NCBI GenBank assembly: GCA_943356495.1
Contig: CALRFF010000002.1
Span: 12,596 to 76,595, forward strand
Source of the DNA: Candidatus Nomurabacteria bacterium
GTDB lineage: Bacteria > Patescibacteriota > Minisyncoccia > Phycocordibacterales > SBAW01
Reading direction: 5' to 3'
Length of the DNA: 64,000 nucleotides
Below are positions 1-9,181 of the stretch, piece after piece (position 1 is the stretch's first letter; every line of letters begins with the position of its first letter). Made by a program: the position numbers and the translations under genes. The notes beneath the pieces were generated by a model. That model ran no database searches, was not told the DNA's origin, and saw only the letters and a list, made by a program, of their open reading frames with translations.

Positions 1-21
1 TACGTGCCATTTATTTGGTCA

Positions 22-52
22 AATGAAAACCTGCCTTGCCGGCAGGCAGGCG
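22..52 (-). terminator. Rho-independent terminator downstream of the M50 protease gene (GC palindrome copy 1 plus T-run on minus strand)
   Basis: Hairpin CCTGCCTTGCC/GGCAGGCAGG at 30-50 followed on the minus strand by TTTTCATTT; lies 30 nt after the stop at 80. Confidence 0.6.
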
Positions 53-79
53 CCCCGAAGGCGTTGCGCACACTCTATC

Positions 80-727
80 TTATAGAGACAAGCCTGTCAA
101 AAGAGTAAAGAGCGTCTGTAGTACGGGCGTAAACACCGGCTGTAAAATAAAGGTAAAGATAAGGATAACGACCAGTATCATCGGCAGCATGCCAATGCGT
201 TGAAAGTTGATAAGGAACGTTTCGTACGAACGCGCAAGACGGTTAGAGACGGCCTCAAACACCCCGCCAAGCACCTTGCTGCCGTCGAGCGGCGGCAGCG
301 GGATAAGGTTAAACAGCGCGAGCAGCATGTTTATATAGACTATCGTCCCAAAGGCCGTTACTAGGTCGGGCCCCAGTACCGCGCCGGCAAAACGGATAGT
401 TAAGCCGAATATAAGCGCAAGTATGATGTTAGTGGCCGGCCCCGCAAACGCCACATAGGACTCGTCATACTTGCCTTTTAGGTTGTAGGGATTGTACGGC
501 ACCGGTTTAGCGTAGCCAAAAAATATCGGCGAGTGCGACAATACCAACAGCAGCGGCAAAACAATGGTGCCCACCGGATCGACGTGCGAAATAGGATTGA
601 GTGTGAGCCTCCCCTGCAGGCGCGCGGTCGGGTCGCCAAGCCAGTTGGCCATGTAGCCGTGCGCCACCTCGTGGAGTATTACCGAGACAAACAATATAAG
701 GAGCGCAAAAATAATATCCGGTTGCAT
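80..727 (-). CDS. Site-2 protease family (peptidase M50) membrane metalloprotease
   Basis: HEVAH (HExxH) in a TM helix and NLIPLPPLDG LDG motif; start chosen at internal MQPDII with TATTGT 6 nt upstream. Confidence 0.75.
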   Translation of the reverse strand: MQPDIIFALLILFVSVILHEVAHGYMANWLGDPTARLQGRLTLNPISHVDPVGTIVLPLLLVLSHSPIFFGYAKPVPYNPYNLKGKYDESYVAFAGPATNIILALIFGLTIRFAGAVLGPDLVTAFGTIVYINMLLALFNLIPLPPLDGSKVLGGVFEAVSNRLARSYETFLINFQRIGMLPMILVVILIFTFILQPVFTPVLQTLFTLLTGLSL

Positions 728-757
728 TTCGTGACAATAATGATAGCATAGTGCGGC

Positions 758-1000
758 ATGGCAAAAGTTTGCGACATAACGGGCAAAACTTCCAAAGTAG
801 CCGGCGGCTACTCTAACCGCGTGCGCGCCACCAAGTTTAACCCCACCGGCAAGGTGCGCAAGCAGCCGAACATGCAAAAAAAGCGCATTTTCGTGCCGGA
901 GCTTAACCGCGCGGTCACTATCACCGTTTCAACCCAAGGCCTTAAGACCATCGCCAAAAACGGGGCATACAAGACGCTCAAGAAAGCCGGCCTTATCTAA
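758..1000 (+). CDS. rpmB: 50S ribosomal protein L28
   Basis: 80 aa, MAKVCDITGK..NRVRATKF..RIFVPEL, typical L28. Confidence 0.85.
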   Translation: MAKVCDITGKTSKVAGGYSNRVRATKFNPTGKVRKQPNMQKKRIFVPELNRAVTITVSTQGLKTIAKNGAYKTLKKAGLI

Positions 1001-1141
1001 TTTTTTCGAAATAAAAAGACCGCCGCGGCTCTGACTTTAGAAGACATGGGCCCCTCCAAGGCATGCCTTGTTAAGATGGTACGCACGGTTACTAAAACCC
1101 CTTCTGCCGTTACAGTACCACGCAATGTTATACTGGCAACC

Positions 1142-1735
1142 ATGCAATACACAGAGAAAAAGTTTGTAATTCCTACGCTCGACGGTATATCAGCCAAGTC
1201 GGTCGAGGAACATCTCGGACTCTACGGCGGCTATGTCAAAAATTTTAACGCCATCAGCGCGGCCATCGAAGGGTTGCTTAGCGACCCGGACAAAAACGCG
1301 CTTGCCATAGCCGAGTTGCGCCGCCGACATTCCTTTGAGTTTGACGGCATGAAGCTCCACGAGCTGTATTTCCCCCAACTCGAGGGCGGCGCGCAGCCTA
1401 TCGGTGCAGAATCGGCGCTCGCACAAGCACTCACCAAACACTGGGGTGGTGTTGAGTCGGCAGTGGCACGCGTACGACAAACAGCCATGATGCGCGGGCC
1501 GGGCTGGAGCAACTTGTACTACAACCCCGAAAACGGCGCTTTTCATATGAGTTTTGTGGGCGAACAGCACCAAGGGCACTTTGCGACACTCCCTATAGTC
1601 CTTGCGCTCGATGTATGGGAGCATGCGTATCTTTTAGACCACGGCGCGGCGGGCAAAGCCGCCTATGTCGACGCCTTTTTTAAGAATTTAAATTGGTCGG
1701 TAATCGAAGATAGATTCGTACCGCTAACCAAGTAA
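1142..1735 (+). CDS. Fe/Mn superoxide dismutase
   Basis: LDVWEHAYLLD motif and HELYFPQL, N- and C-terminal SOD domains; start at MQYTEKKF internal Met. Confidence 0.85.
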   Translation: MQYTEKKFVIPTLDGISAKSVEEHLGLYGGYVKNFNAISAAIEGLLSDPDKNALAIAELRRRHSFEFDGMKLHELYFPQLEGGAQPIGAESALAQALTKHWGGVESAVARVRQTAMMRGPGWSNLYYNPENGAFHMSFVGEQHQGHFATLPIVLALDVWEHAYLLDHGAAGKAAYVDAFFKNLNWSVIEDRFVPLTK

Positions 1736-3023
1736 GCGGTACATACACAAGCGCCGCTACAACCCAAGGGAACGGCGGTATCGTTATATGCGAAAGCGGC
1801 AGAACGCTTGCCGTCTGCGCCACAAACATAAGCCACCGCAATGCAAGGTCTGAAAGTAATGCGGGGAGAAGCCCGAGAAGCGGGTGTATAAACCCTAACA
1901 GGCCCGCAACAAAACCAAAAAGCATTGCAAACGGGATAAACGGCAACGCGACAAGGTTCGCGGGCAATGCGACGAGAGACAGCACGCCGGTGTAGTACAG
2001 CAGTGCGGGCAAAATGTACATTTGTACCGCAATAGTTGATGCGGCTATTGATTGCAGCTGCGGAAACCCGCCAAGAAACGGGCGGAGCCGCTGCTCGATT
2101 GCGGGCGCAAGCGTAATAAGTCCGAACGTTGCAAGAAAACTGAGTATAAAAGACGGATCATACAGTACGACCAACGGATTAAGAAGTACCAGCACTACCC
2201 CGGCGGCCGCAAGTGCGCGCAAAGCCACTGCCGGCCGCCGCAAATACCGCGCCAGCACGGCAATAAGCGCCATAATGCCCGCACGTAATGACGTGGAGCC
2301 TGCGCCGGTCATCAGCACAAAAAACAGCATTAGCCCGATGCCCAGCATGTACTGCGCGGTGCGCGGCAAAAATCCGGTGGCGCGCAACACCGCCTCGGCA
2401 ACAATAGAAATGTTGTAACCCGATAGCACGACCACGTGTATAAGCGAGGCAATAATAAACGCGGTCGTCAGCTCCTCCGACAGACCGCGCCGCTCGCCGA
2501 GCAAAATCCCCTCAAGTAAATGTGCGTCTTGCGCGGGCAGTATCCGCTCTATCGAGCGTTCAAACGCGTGCTTAGCGCTGTAGAGCAGACCGAACACCGT
2601 AGGATTGCTCTCTATCCGCTCTACCAACACCGCCTTTTGCATCAATGCCGAGACGCCGCGCACCCGCAAGTACCCGGGGTAATCAAAGACGCGTCCCGTG
2701 TCGGTAAGGAATGCCCGGGGCGTCTCAAGCGCACCGCGCAACACCACCGTATCGTTATACGAAACGGCTGTTCCTTTGGGCAACACGGCGAGCAGTGTAC
2801 CGCTGCCCGATACATCATCTACGCCGTGTACCCGTACCATAACGCGTACTGCCGCCTCGCGAACATCGGGATCGGCGCTTACCACGCCCTCAAGCATTAC
2901 GACGCTGCCTATATAACGCGGCAGACTTTGGGCCGCTTCGCTTGAAAATAAAAACTCTACCCGCACTATAAACAGCAGGGCGAAACACAAGACTCCTACT
3001 GCAAGCGCTGGTGCCTTCGGCAT
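1680..3023 (-). CDS. comEC: ComEC/Rec2-like DNA internalisation channel (short form, no C-terminal metallo-beta-lactamase domain)
   Basis: N-terminal DUF4131-like region plus polytopic competence domain (VVLSGYNISIVAEAV); 447 aa; start 2 nt after rnhA stop. Confidence 0.7.
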   Translation of the reverse strand: MPKAPALAVGVLCFALLFIVRVEFLFSSEAAQSLPRYIGSVVMLEGVVSADPDVREAAVRVMVRVHGVDDVSGSGTLLAVLPKGTAVSYNDTVVLRGALETPRAFLTDTGRVFDYPGYLRVRGVSALMQKAVLVERIESNPTVFGLLYSAKHAFERSIERILPAQDAHLLEGILLGERRGLSEELTTAFIIASLIHVVVLSGYNISIVAEAVLRATGFLPRTAQYMLGIGLMLFFVLMTGAGSTSLRAGIMALIAVLARYLRRPAVALRALAAAGVVLVLLNPLVVLYDPSFILSFLATFGLITLAPAIEQRLRPFLGGFPQLQSIAASTIAVQMYILPALLYYTGVLSLVALPANLVALPFIPFAMLFGFVAGLLGFIHPLLGLLPALLSDLALRWLMFVAQTASVLPLSHITIPPFPWVVAALVYVPLTWLAVRIYLRLPTNLNS

Positions 3024-3025
3024 GT

Positions 3026-3736
3026 CTACGATGAAAATGCGGCGATGATCTCGGCCTCTTCGGCCGCGGACAGTGCTTTTTTGTAGCGCGCGGAGCGGCC
3101 GCGCACGCGGGCCTCGCAGTCGGCCCATGTTTTATGTATCTCAACCACACCGTCGACGACACTTATGTATGAAAACGCTTTTGCTTTAGAGCGCGCACTC
3201 GAAGAGGATTTCGATTTTTGTTTTACGTGGTCAAACGACAGATCGGAAATATCTACCCCATAGCCGCTTGCCGGACCGGAGTACAACACTACTTTTTTAC
3301 CTTCCGCAAAGTCCGATGCAATAGTGTCGACGCGCTCGTTGCCCGCAATGCCTACGTGCCCACCTACATAACGCCACTCAATATCGCGCCCGTGCGCGGC
3401 CACGGCCGCGTCGAGCGACTGCCACAAGTCTTGGTTGATAACCGGTTTTTTGTCTTTGGTCTTCCAGTCGTTTTTCTTCCAGCCGTGTATCCACTTGGTA
3501 ATACCGTTAATAACGTACGAAGAGTCAGTATGGATAATTGTTTGTCCGCCCACGCCCACATGCCGCTCGCGCAGCGCTTCTATTGCAGCGCGCAACTCCA
3601 TACGATTGTTGGTAGTTAATTTTTCGTAGCCGCCAAGCTCGGTCACCTGCTCGCGGGCGAGCACAATAGCGCCCCACCCGCCCGGGCCGGGGTTGCCTTT
3701 GCTCGCGCCGTCGCAAAAAATCAAAATAGTTTCCAT
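3026..3736 (-). CDS. rnhA: Ribonuclease HI with C-terminal hybrid-binding-like (Cauli_VI type) domain
   Basis: CDGASKGNPGPGGWG, TDSSYVINGITKWIHGWKKN and GHVGIAGNERVD RNase H motifs; C-terminal YISVVDG..IHKTWADCEARVRGRSARYKK..EEAE resembles the RNase H1 hybrid-binding domain. Confidence 0.85.
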   Translation of the reverse strand: METILIFCDGASKGNPGPGGWGAIVLAREQVTELGGYEKLTTNNRMELRAAIEALRERHVGVGGQTIIHTDSSYVINGITKWIHGWKKNDWKTKDKKPVINQDLWQSLDAAVAAHGRDIEWRYVGGHVGIAGNERVDTIASDFAEGKKVVLYSGPASGYGVDISDLSFDHVKQKSKSSSSARSKAKAFSYISVVDGVVEIHKTWADCEARVRGRSARYKKALSAAEEAEIIAAFSS

Positions 3737-3738
3737 AC

Positions 3739-5403
3739 TTACAATATATCAACGACACGGATACGGCTCCCGCCGCGCCAGCCGGCCTCGACGTGCCCTA
3801 CCACATCAACTTTCTCCCCCGCTACCGCTTTTTTGGTAAACGACTCGGGTGTAGCAAAAAAAGACATTGCCTCTATAGCCGCACTGCCTTGCCCGAGCGT
3901 AAGCCCTAAATGATTATGTGTCTTACCAAAGGCGCGCACCGTAGTGATAGACACTGCAGGAAATATAAATAACGGCTTAGTGTTGCCCACGCCAAACGGC
4001 GCCAGTTGTTTTATGTTGTTGTACGCGCGGAACACTTCGGCAAGCTCGAGCTCGCGGTCAAGCAGTATCTCCTCGACGACGGCATTTTGGTTACGCACGC
4101 TTTCGTACGCGGCACTAAGTTTGGGGCCCAACTCATGCACCCGCTCTTCGAGCACCGAGAATCCTCCCGAGGCCGAATGTCCGCCGAAGTGGTCAAACAC
4201 TTCGCGTGCGGCGCCCATTAACTCCACCATATTGACCGAGCCATCGCTGCGGCAGCTGCCGCGCAGCTCCTCACCGCCCTGCCGGCCCCACAAAAATACC
4301 GGCTTTGCGTGCGCCTCGACCAATGTGTTGGCCACTAAACCTAAAATACCGGGGCGCCAGTTGGGGTTGCCCATGACTATAATGGGGCTTTTGGTCAAAT
4401 CGCTTTCCGACACACGCTTGTTGACCTCTTTAACCGTAGCGGCGACCAAGCCTTTGCGTTCGTCGTTAATGTGATTAAGGGCTATGGCGCGCTCCATTGC
4501 TTCTTCCTCGGTTGTCGCGGCAAGCAGCTCGGCGGCGGTTTGCGGCCGCTCCATGCGCGAAGCCGCGTTGATGCGAGGACTGAGCATAAACGTAATATCA
4601 TCCTCGGTAAGCGACGCGGTATGTATTTTTAGTAGCTTAAGCATTGCGGCGATGCCGGGGCGGCGGCCGCGGCGCATGACACGCAGCCCCGAGTGTGCGA
4701 GCATCCGGTTTTCCCCCACCAACGGCACCATGTCGCTCAGTGTCGCAATGCCCACCAAATCGAGCAGCCACTTTTCTTGCCCTTCGCCAAAGCCCGCGGG
4801 TCGCTCTTTGACGAGCAGCGCTTGCACCAACTTCCACGCGACGCCCGCGCCGCACAAACCGTCAAACGGATATTTGCTGTCGGGGCGCTTGGGGTTGATA
4901 AGCGCAAACGCTTCAGGCACGTGCTCGAGCGACGGAACCAGGTGGTGGTCGGTTACTATCGTGTCGATTCCTTTTTTGTTGGCGTGGGCAATTTGTGCGA
5001 CGTCGGTCGTGCCGAGATCGAGCGTAATCATTACTTTGACTCCCGCCGCGGCAAGTTCGTCTATGCCTTCGGTGTTCAACCCGTACCCTTCGGTGTGGCG
5101 ATGCGGTATGTAGTGTGTGACACTAAGCCCCATCGTGCGCAGAAACTCCACCAACATAACGCCGCCCGGTATCCCGTCGCAGTCGTAGTCGCTCCACACC
5201 GCCACCTTCTCGTTATTTTTTTTCGCCGAAAGAATCCGCTCTACCGCCTTGTGCATGTCAGGCAGTAAAAACGGGTCATGGCTGTCGCGGATAAAGTCGG
5301 GAGTAAGAAACTGCTCGTGCAAAAGAGGCTCAACGCCGCGGGAAAGAAGTAGATGTGCCACAAGGTCGTTATGCAGGGAATCGCGTACCTTGTAGGACCT
5401 CAT
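3739..5403 (-). CDS. recJ: Single-stranded-DNA-specific exonuclease RecJ
   Basis: DHH and DHHA1 motifs (SDYDCDGI, ITLDLG, TDHH); overlaps rnhA start, forming recJ-rnhA-comEC operon. Confidence 0.85.
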   Translation of the reverse strand: MRSYKVRDSLHNDLVAHLLLSRGVEPLLHEQFLTPDFIRDSHDPFLLPDMHKAVERILSAKKNNEKVAVWSDYDCDGIPGGVMLVEFLRTMGLSVTHYIPHRHTEGYGLNTEGIDELAAAGVKVMITLDLGTTDVAQIAHANKKGIDTIVTDHHLVPSLEHVPEAFALINPKRPDSKYPFDGLCGAGVAWKLVQALLVKERPAGFGEGQEKWLLDLVGIATLSDMVPLVGENRMLAHSGLRVMRRGRRPGIAAMLKLLKIHTASLTEDDITFMLSPRINAASRMERPQTAAELLAATTEEEAMERAIALNHINDERKGLVAATVKEVNKRVSESDLTKSPIIVMGNPNWRPGILGLVANTLVEAHAKPVFLWGRQGGEELRGSCRSDGSVNMVELMGAAREVFDHFGGHSASGGFSVLEERVHELGPKLSAAYESVRNQNAVVEEILLDRELELAEVFRAYNNIKQLAPFGVGNTKPLFIFPAVSITTVRAFGKTHNHLGLTLGQGSAAIEAMSFFATPESFTKKAVAGEKVDVVGHVEAGWRGGSRIRVVDIL

Positions 5404-5426
5404 TTCAAAAAGTATATACTGGAAGT

Positions 5427-5735
5427 ATGGAAAACTGCATTTTTTGTAAGATAGTGCGCGGTGAGATACCCACACACTTTACGTATGAAAACGAGTATGT
5501 GGTCGCCTTCCCCGATATACACCCCAAAGCGCCGGGGCATACGCTCGTAATCCCTAAGGAGCATCATCAATGGTTTTACGAAGTGCCTAAAGAGACCGCG
5601 GACGAGTGGTTTGGTGCGGCACAGATGCTCGGACTCAAATTAAAAGAGGAAACGGGAGCCGATTATTTGCAACTTTCCATCATCGGCAAAGACGTGCCCC
5701 ACGCGCACATCCACCTTATACCGCAGAAGCTCTAA
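5427..5735 (+). CDS. HIT-family (histidine triad) nucleotide hydrolase
   Basis: MENCIFCKI..., HAHIHLIP histidine triad; TATACT 6 nt upstream of ATG. Confidence 0.8.
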   Translation: MENCIFCKIVRGEIPTHFTYENEYVVAFPDIHPKAPGHTLVIPKEHHQWFYEVPKETADEWFGAAQMLGLKLKEETGADYLQLSIIGKDVPHAHIHLIPQKL

Positions 5736-6807
5736 GAGCCTCTATACCCGGCAGGGTGCCGTCGGCCAAAAATTGCAGCATTGCGCCGCCGCCGGTAGAA
5801 ACAAAAACTTTCTGCGGGTCAAATTTGTATTTTTCTACCGCCGCGGCGGTGTCTCCTCCGCCCACAACCGCCGTACCGGTGCTCTGTGTAAGTGCTCGTG
5901 CAAGCGCCTCGGTGCCCTCGGCATAGCCCTGCTCGTACATACCCAACGGGCCGTTCCACAACACAAACGGCGCTGTAGAAATTTTGCCGCTCCACAATGC
6001 GGCGGTTTGCGGACCGATATCTATCAGACTTTCGTTCTTGCGGATGTCTACCACGCTGCCCGAGCGCTCGGCGTTGCTGCCTATTTCGGCAAACACGGCG
6101 TCGGTCGGTACTACCAAACGCTCGTCAGCCGCTATTGCGGGCGGAACCGGTGTTGCCGACACCAGCGAACCGCCAAACGGGAGCCCGCGCGCTTTGATAA
6201 CATCGTTGGCAAGTGCGCCGCCAAGTAGCACTTCGGCATAGAGTGAAAGTAATTTCTGTATCAACGGCACCTTTGTTTCAAACTTTGCACCGCCTATAAC
6301 CGCTACCGAGCCTGCGGGCGGCGTAAGTGCGGCGGTCAGTTTAGTCACCTCTTCCATAAAACGCAGGCCCGCGTAGCTTGGGAGCAGCTTCGGTACGCCG
6401 GCAATCGAGGCGTGTGCGCGATGTGAGTCCGCAAACGCTTCGTTTACATACACATCGCCGAGGCTTGCCAGCTCTTGTGCAAGCCCCAGGTCGTTGGCCT
6501 CCTCGCGCGGGTCGAAGCGCAGGTTCTCGCGCATCTCAAACGGTACCGTGGTCAGTTCGCGGAGACGGGCCTCGACCGGCGCAAGACGCAAAGACTCAAC
6601 CACCTTGCCTTCGGGTCTTCCTAAACTTGTAAGAATGATTACGGTTGCGGCGCCCGCGGCATGGAGATAGTCGAGTGTAGGCAACACCGTGCGTATGCGC
6701 AGGTCGTTGGCCACTGCGCCGTCCTTAAGAGGCACATTAAAGTCCACGCGCACGAGCACGCGCTTGCCTGCAACCTCCGCCTCGGTAACACTTTTTATTT
6801 TTTGCAT
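5716..6807 (-). CDS. pgk: Phosphoglycerate kinase
   Basis: RVDFNVP N-terminal signature, 363 aa. Confidence 0.9.
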   Translation of the reverse strand: MQKIKSVTEAEVAGKRVLVRVDFNVPLKDGAVANDLRIRTVLPTLDYLHAAGAATVIILTSLGRPEGKVVESLRLAPVEARLRELTTVPFEMRENLRFDPREEANDLGLAQELASLGDVYVNEAFADSHRAHASIAGVPKLLPSYAGLRFMEEVTKLTAALTPPAGSVAVIGGAKFETKVPLIQKLLSLYAEVLLGGALANDVIKARGLPFGGSLVSATPVPPAIAADERLVVPTDAVFAEIGSNAERSGSVVDIRKNESLIDIGPQTAALWSGKISTAPFVLWNGPLGMYEQGYAEGTEALARALTQSTGTAVVGGGDTAAAVEKYKFDPQKVFVSTGGGAMLQFLADGTLPGIEALRASAV

Positions 6808-7553
6808 GCGGAAATAATTTCAACAAAGGAAGTAACATCGGCACTCGCGTGGCCTACAAGCAGGCCCGCGATGTCGCCCTCGGCGATAAGTGCGGCGGCG
6901 TTTGCAGGCTCCACCGAGCCGCCGTAGAGCACCGGCACCTTAAGCGCCGATTTACGGTCAAGCACGTCGGCCAATGTTTTGCGTATAAAAATCGCCATCT
7001 CGCGGACCTCGGCGGACGTTAGCGCGGAGTCTGCGTGCTTGCCTATCGCCCACACCGGTTCGTAGGCAACTACGAGCTTGCCGGCGAGCGACTGTGCGCC
7101 GGAGAGAGCTGACCGTATTTGTTCGGCGATAAAAGAAAAATGCCCTCCGTCTTCGGTGCGCTCCAACTCGCCGACACACAAGACCGGCACCAGCCCTGCC
7201 GATGCGGCAGCCACCAACTGGCCGTGCACCGCGACATTGTCCTCGCCTAGGGCGCGGCGCTCGGAGTGCCCGACAAGGGCAAACGTGCCTCCTGCGGTTT
7301 TAACCATGGCGCCGGACACCCCGCCGGTCTGCGCGCCGGAGAGCCCCGAAACTGTTTGAGCGCCCACACGCACCGCAGAACTTTCTAACATTGCCGACAC
7401 AACCGGAATAAAAGGTGCGGGAACGGCAAGTGCTACTTCGACACCGCTTATGCCGCGCACTTTACGCTTAAGCACACGGGCAAAGTCCTTGGCGGACTCG
7501 GCGCTCTCTATATACATCTTCCAGTTACCAATGACGAGACGTTTGCGGGTCAC
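6795..7553 (-). CDS. tpiA: Triosephosphate isomerase
   Basis: GNWKM, AYEPVWAIG, YGGSV motifs. Confidence 0.9.
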   Translation of the reverse strand: MTRKRLVIGNWKMYIESAESAKDFARVLKRKVRGISGVEVALAVPAPFIPVVSAMLESSAVRVGAQTVSGLSGAQTGGVSGAMVKTAGGTFALVGHSERRALGEDNVAVHGQLVAAASAGLVPVLCVGELERTEDGGHFSFIAEQIRSALSGAQSLAGKLVVAYEPVWAIGKHADSALTSAEVREMAIFIRKTLADVLDRKSALKVPVLYGGSVEPANAAALIAEGDIAGLLVGHASADVTSFVEIISACKK

Positions 7554-7568
7554 AGGGCAAATATACCA

Positions 7569-9050
7569 CTATTCGTTCCCTTCCTTTTCTTGAGCAAAAC
7601 GGAGCACTTCGGCTACGCTTGTTTGGCCGGCAGCGGCCTTATAGAGCGCGTCTTCGTACAGGTTAAGCAGAGGTTCGCCGCCCACCACCACTTCAAACAG
7701 GCCTACATGACCTTGATACCCACCGTCGCACTCGCTGCAACCGGTAACCGCCGGGTATCCGACCTCTTTCCAGATACGCTCTTTGTCTATAGCATCAGCT
7801 TCCTTAAGCGCGGCAAGCACTTTTGCAAAATCAGCATGCGGCTCGAGCGGCTCGAGGTGCCGGCGCTCAAGTGTGCGGGTAGCGCGGGTTTGTTTTTGAC
7901 ACAGTTTGCGCACCAGCCCCGTGCGTACGAGCACATCGGGCGCGGGGAAAAGCCGCTCATCGGCGACACCGGCAAGCACGAGTATGCCGCGCTTGCCTGC
8001 GGCAGCGGCAAGATCGGCGGTCGCTTGATCGGCAACGGCGTCGAGCATGACCACATCGGGGTCTTGGCGCAACACCGCGCGCAGCGCGCCGGCCATACTT
8101 AGACCCCCCGCGGGGTCGGCCTGAGTTTGTGCTACATACGGTAAACGGCTTGCTACTTTTTTTTCAACACTGGCGAGGGAAAGCTCGGGGGTATTGAGCA
8201 GGTCGAGCATCGTATACAACAGCGTAGTGCGGCCCGAACCTTGCGGGCCGGAGACCACCACCAATCCTTTACGGTCGTGTAATGCCGCACGTAAAGCCGT
8301 AGCGCCCGCACCGTGCAGACCCAAGCCTTCGAGCGTAAAGCCTTTGCTGGTCGAGTCTTCGCGCAACAACCTAAGTATCAATTTTTCGCCGCCCACTACC
8401 GGTACGGAAGAAACCCGTACCGACACCCCGACACCGAAGCCTAAGTCGGCTTTAAAACGGCCTTCTTGCGGCAAGGTTTTAGAACCGATGTTCGCAAGCG
8501 AGCGCACTGCGCCGATAACGCCGGCACCGGCGGCAGGGAGCTGCATTGCCTCGCGCAACTGTTTGCCGAGCCGATAGCGCACCAAGACGCCGCGGCCCGT
8601 AGTGTCTATATGGACTTCGCTCGCCTGTTGGGCCATCGCGTGGCGCAGCAACGTTTCGAGCATGGTGCGCGGATTAGACGACTGTGTTAACACGGCGCCG
8701 TACTTTTCCTTAAGGGTTTTTTGGTACAGCAGCAGCGCGCGGCGCAAAGAATCGGCGGTGGTAAGCCGCGGGACTACTCTTTTGCGCAGCTGCTGGCGCA
8801 AAGGCTCGAGCACCCCTAGGTCTTGTAGGTTAAGCAGTGCCACTTCGAGCGTGTCACCCTCTGTTTTATAGGCAACCAGCTGGTGAGCACGGCAGAGCGG
8901 CTCGGGCAGCATCTGTAAAGCCTCTACCGATATGTCGTCGCGCTCTAAGGTGACAAACGGTACCCCGAGCTCGTGGGCAAGCGCGTGCCGGCGCTCATCC
9001 TCGCTCAACAGTTCATTTTGTAGCCACCCTATAGAACGTTCCATTGACAC
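7569..9050 (-). CDS. PilB/GspE-family secretion ATPase paralog with degenerate catalytic motifs
   Basis: T2SE N-terminal domain and C-terminal C..C zinc-finger region as in GspE; Walker A reads GPQGSGRTT (Lys replaced by Arg); Asp/His boxes replaced (DAVAD.., GVADE instead of TLHTN). Confidence 0.7.
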   Translation of the reverse strand: MSMERSIGWLQNELLSEDERRHALAHELGVPFVTLERDDISVEALQMLPEPLCRAHQLVAYKTEGDTLEVALLNLQDLGVLEPLRQQLRKRVVPRLTTADSLRRALLLYQKTLKEKYGAVLTQSSNPRTMLETLLRHAMAQQASEVHIDTTGRGVLVRYRLGKQLREAMQLPAAGAGVIGAVRSLANIGSKTLPQEGRFKADLGFGVGVSVRVSSVPVVGGEKLILRLLREDSTSKGFTLEGLGLHGAGATALRAALHDRKGLVVVSGPQGSGRTTLLYTMLDLLNTPELSLASVEKKVASRLPYVAQTQADPAGGLSMAGALRAVLRQDPDVVMLDAVADQATADLAAAAGKRGILVLAGVADERLFPAPDVLVRTGLVRKLCQKQTRATRTLERRHLEPLEPHADFAKVLAALKEADAIDKERIWKEVGYPAVTGCSECDGGYQGHVGLFEVVVGGEPLLNLYEDALYKAAAGQTSVAEVLRFAQEKEGNE

Positions 9051-9181
9051 TATTATATAGTATGAAGTAGACTATAGAAGTCTGGAAACTGCCCTGAGGG
9101 GGCGGTTATTTTTTTACCGGATTTAAGGGAACACTTATGTCCCTTAACGGGATGAGAAAAATTAAATAACAAAATTAATAT

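Noticed and set aside
9051-9181. Possible terminator-like GGGGGCGG followed by a T-run upstream of nusA
   Set aside because: Stem is weak (CTGCCC/GGGGGCGG imperfect), and no upstream same-strand gene needs terminating. More likely part of the divergent pilB-paralog/nusA promoter region.
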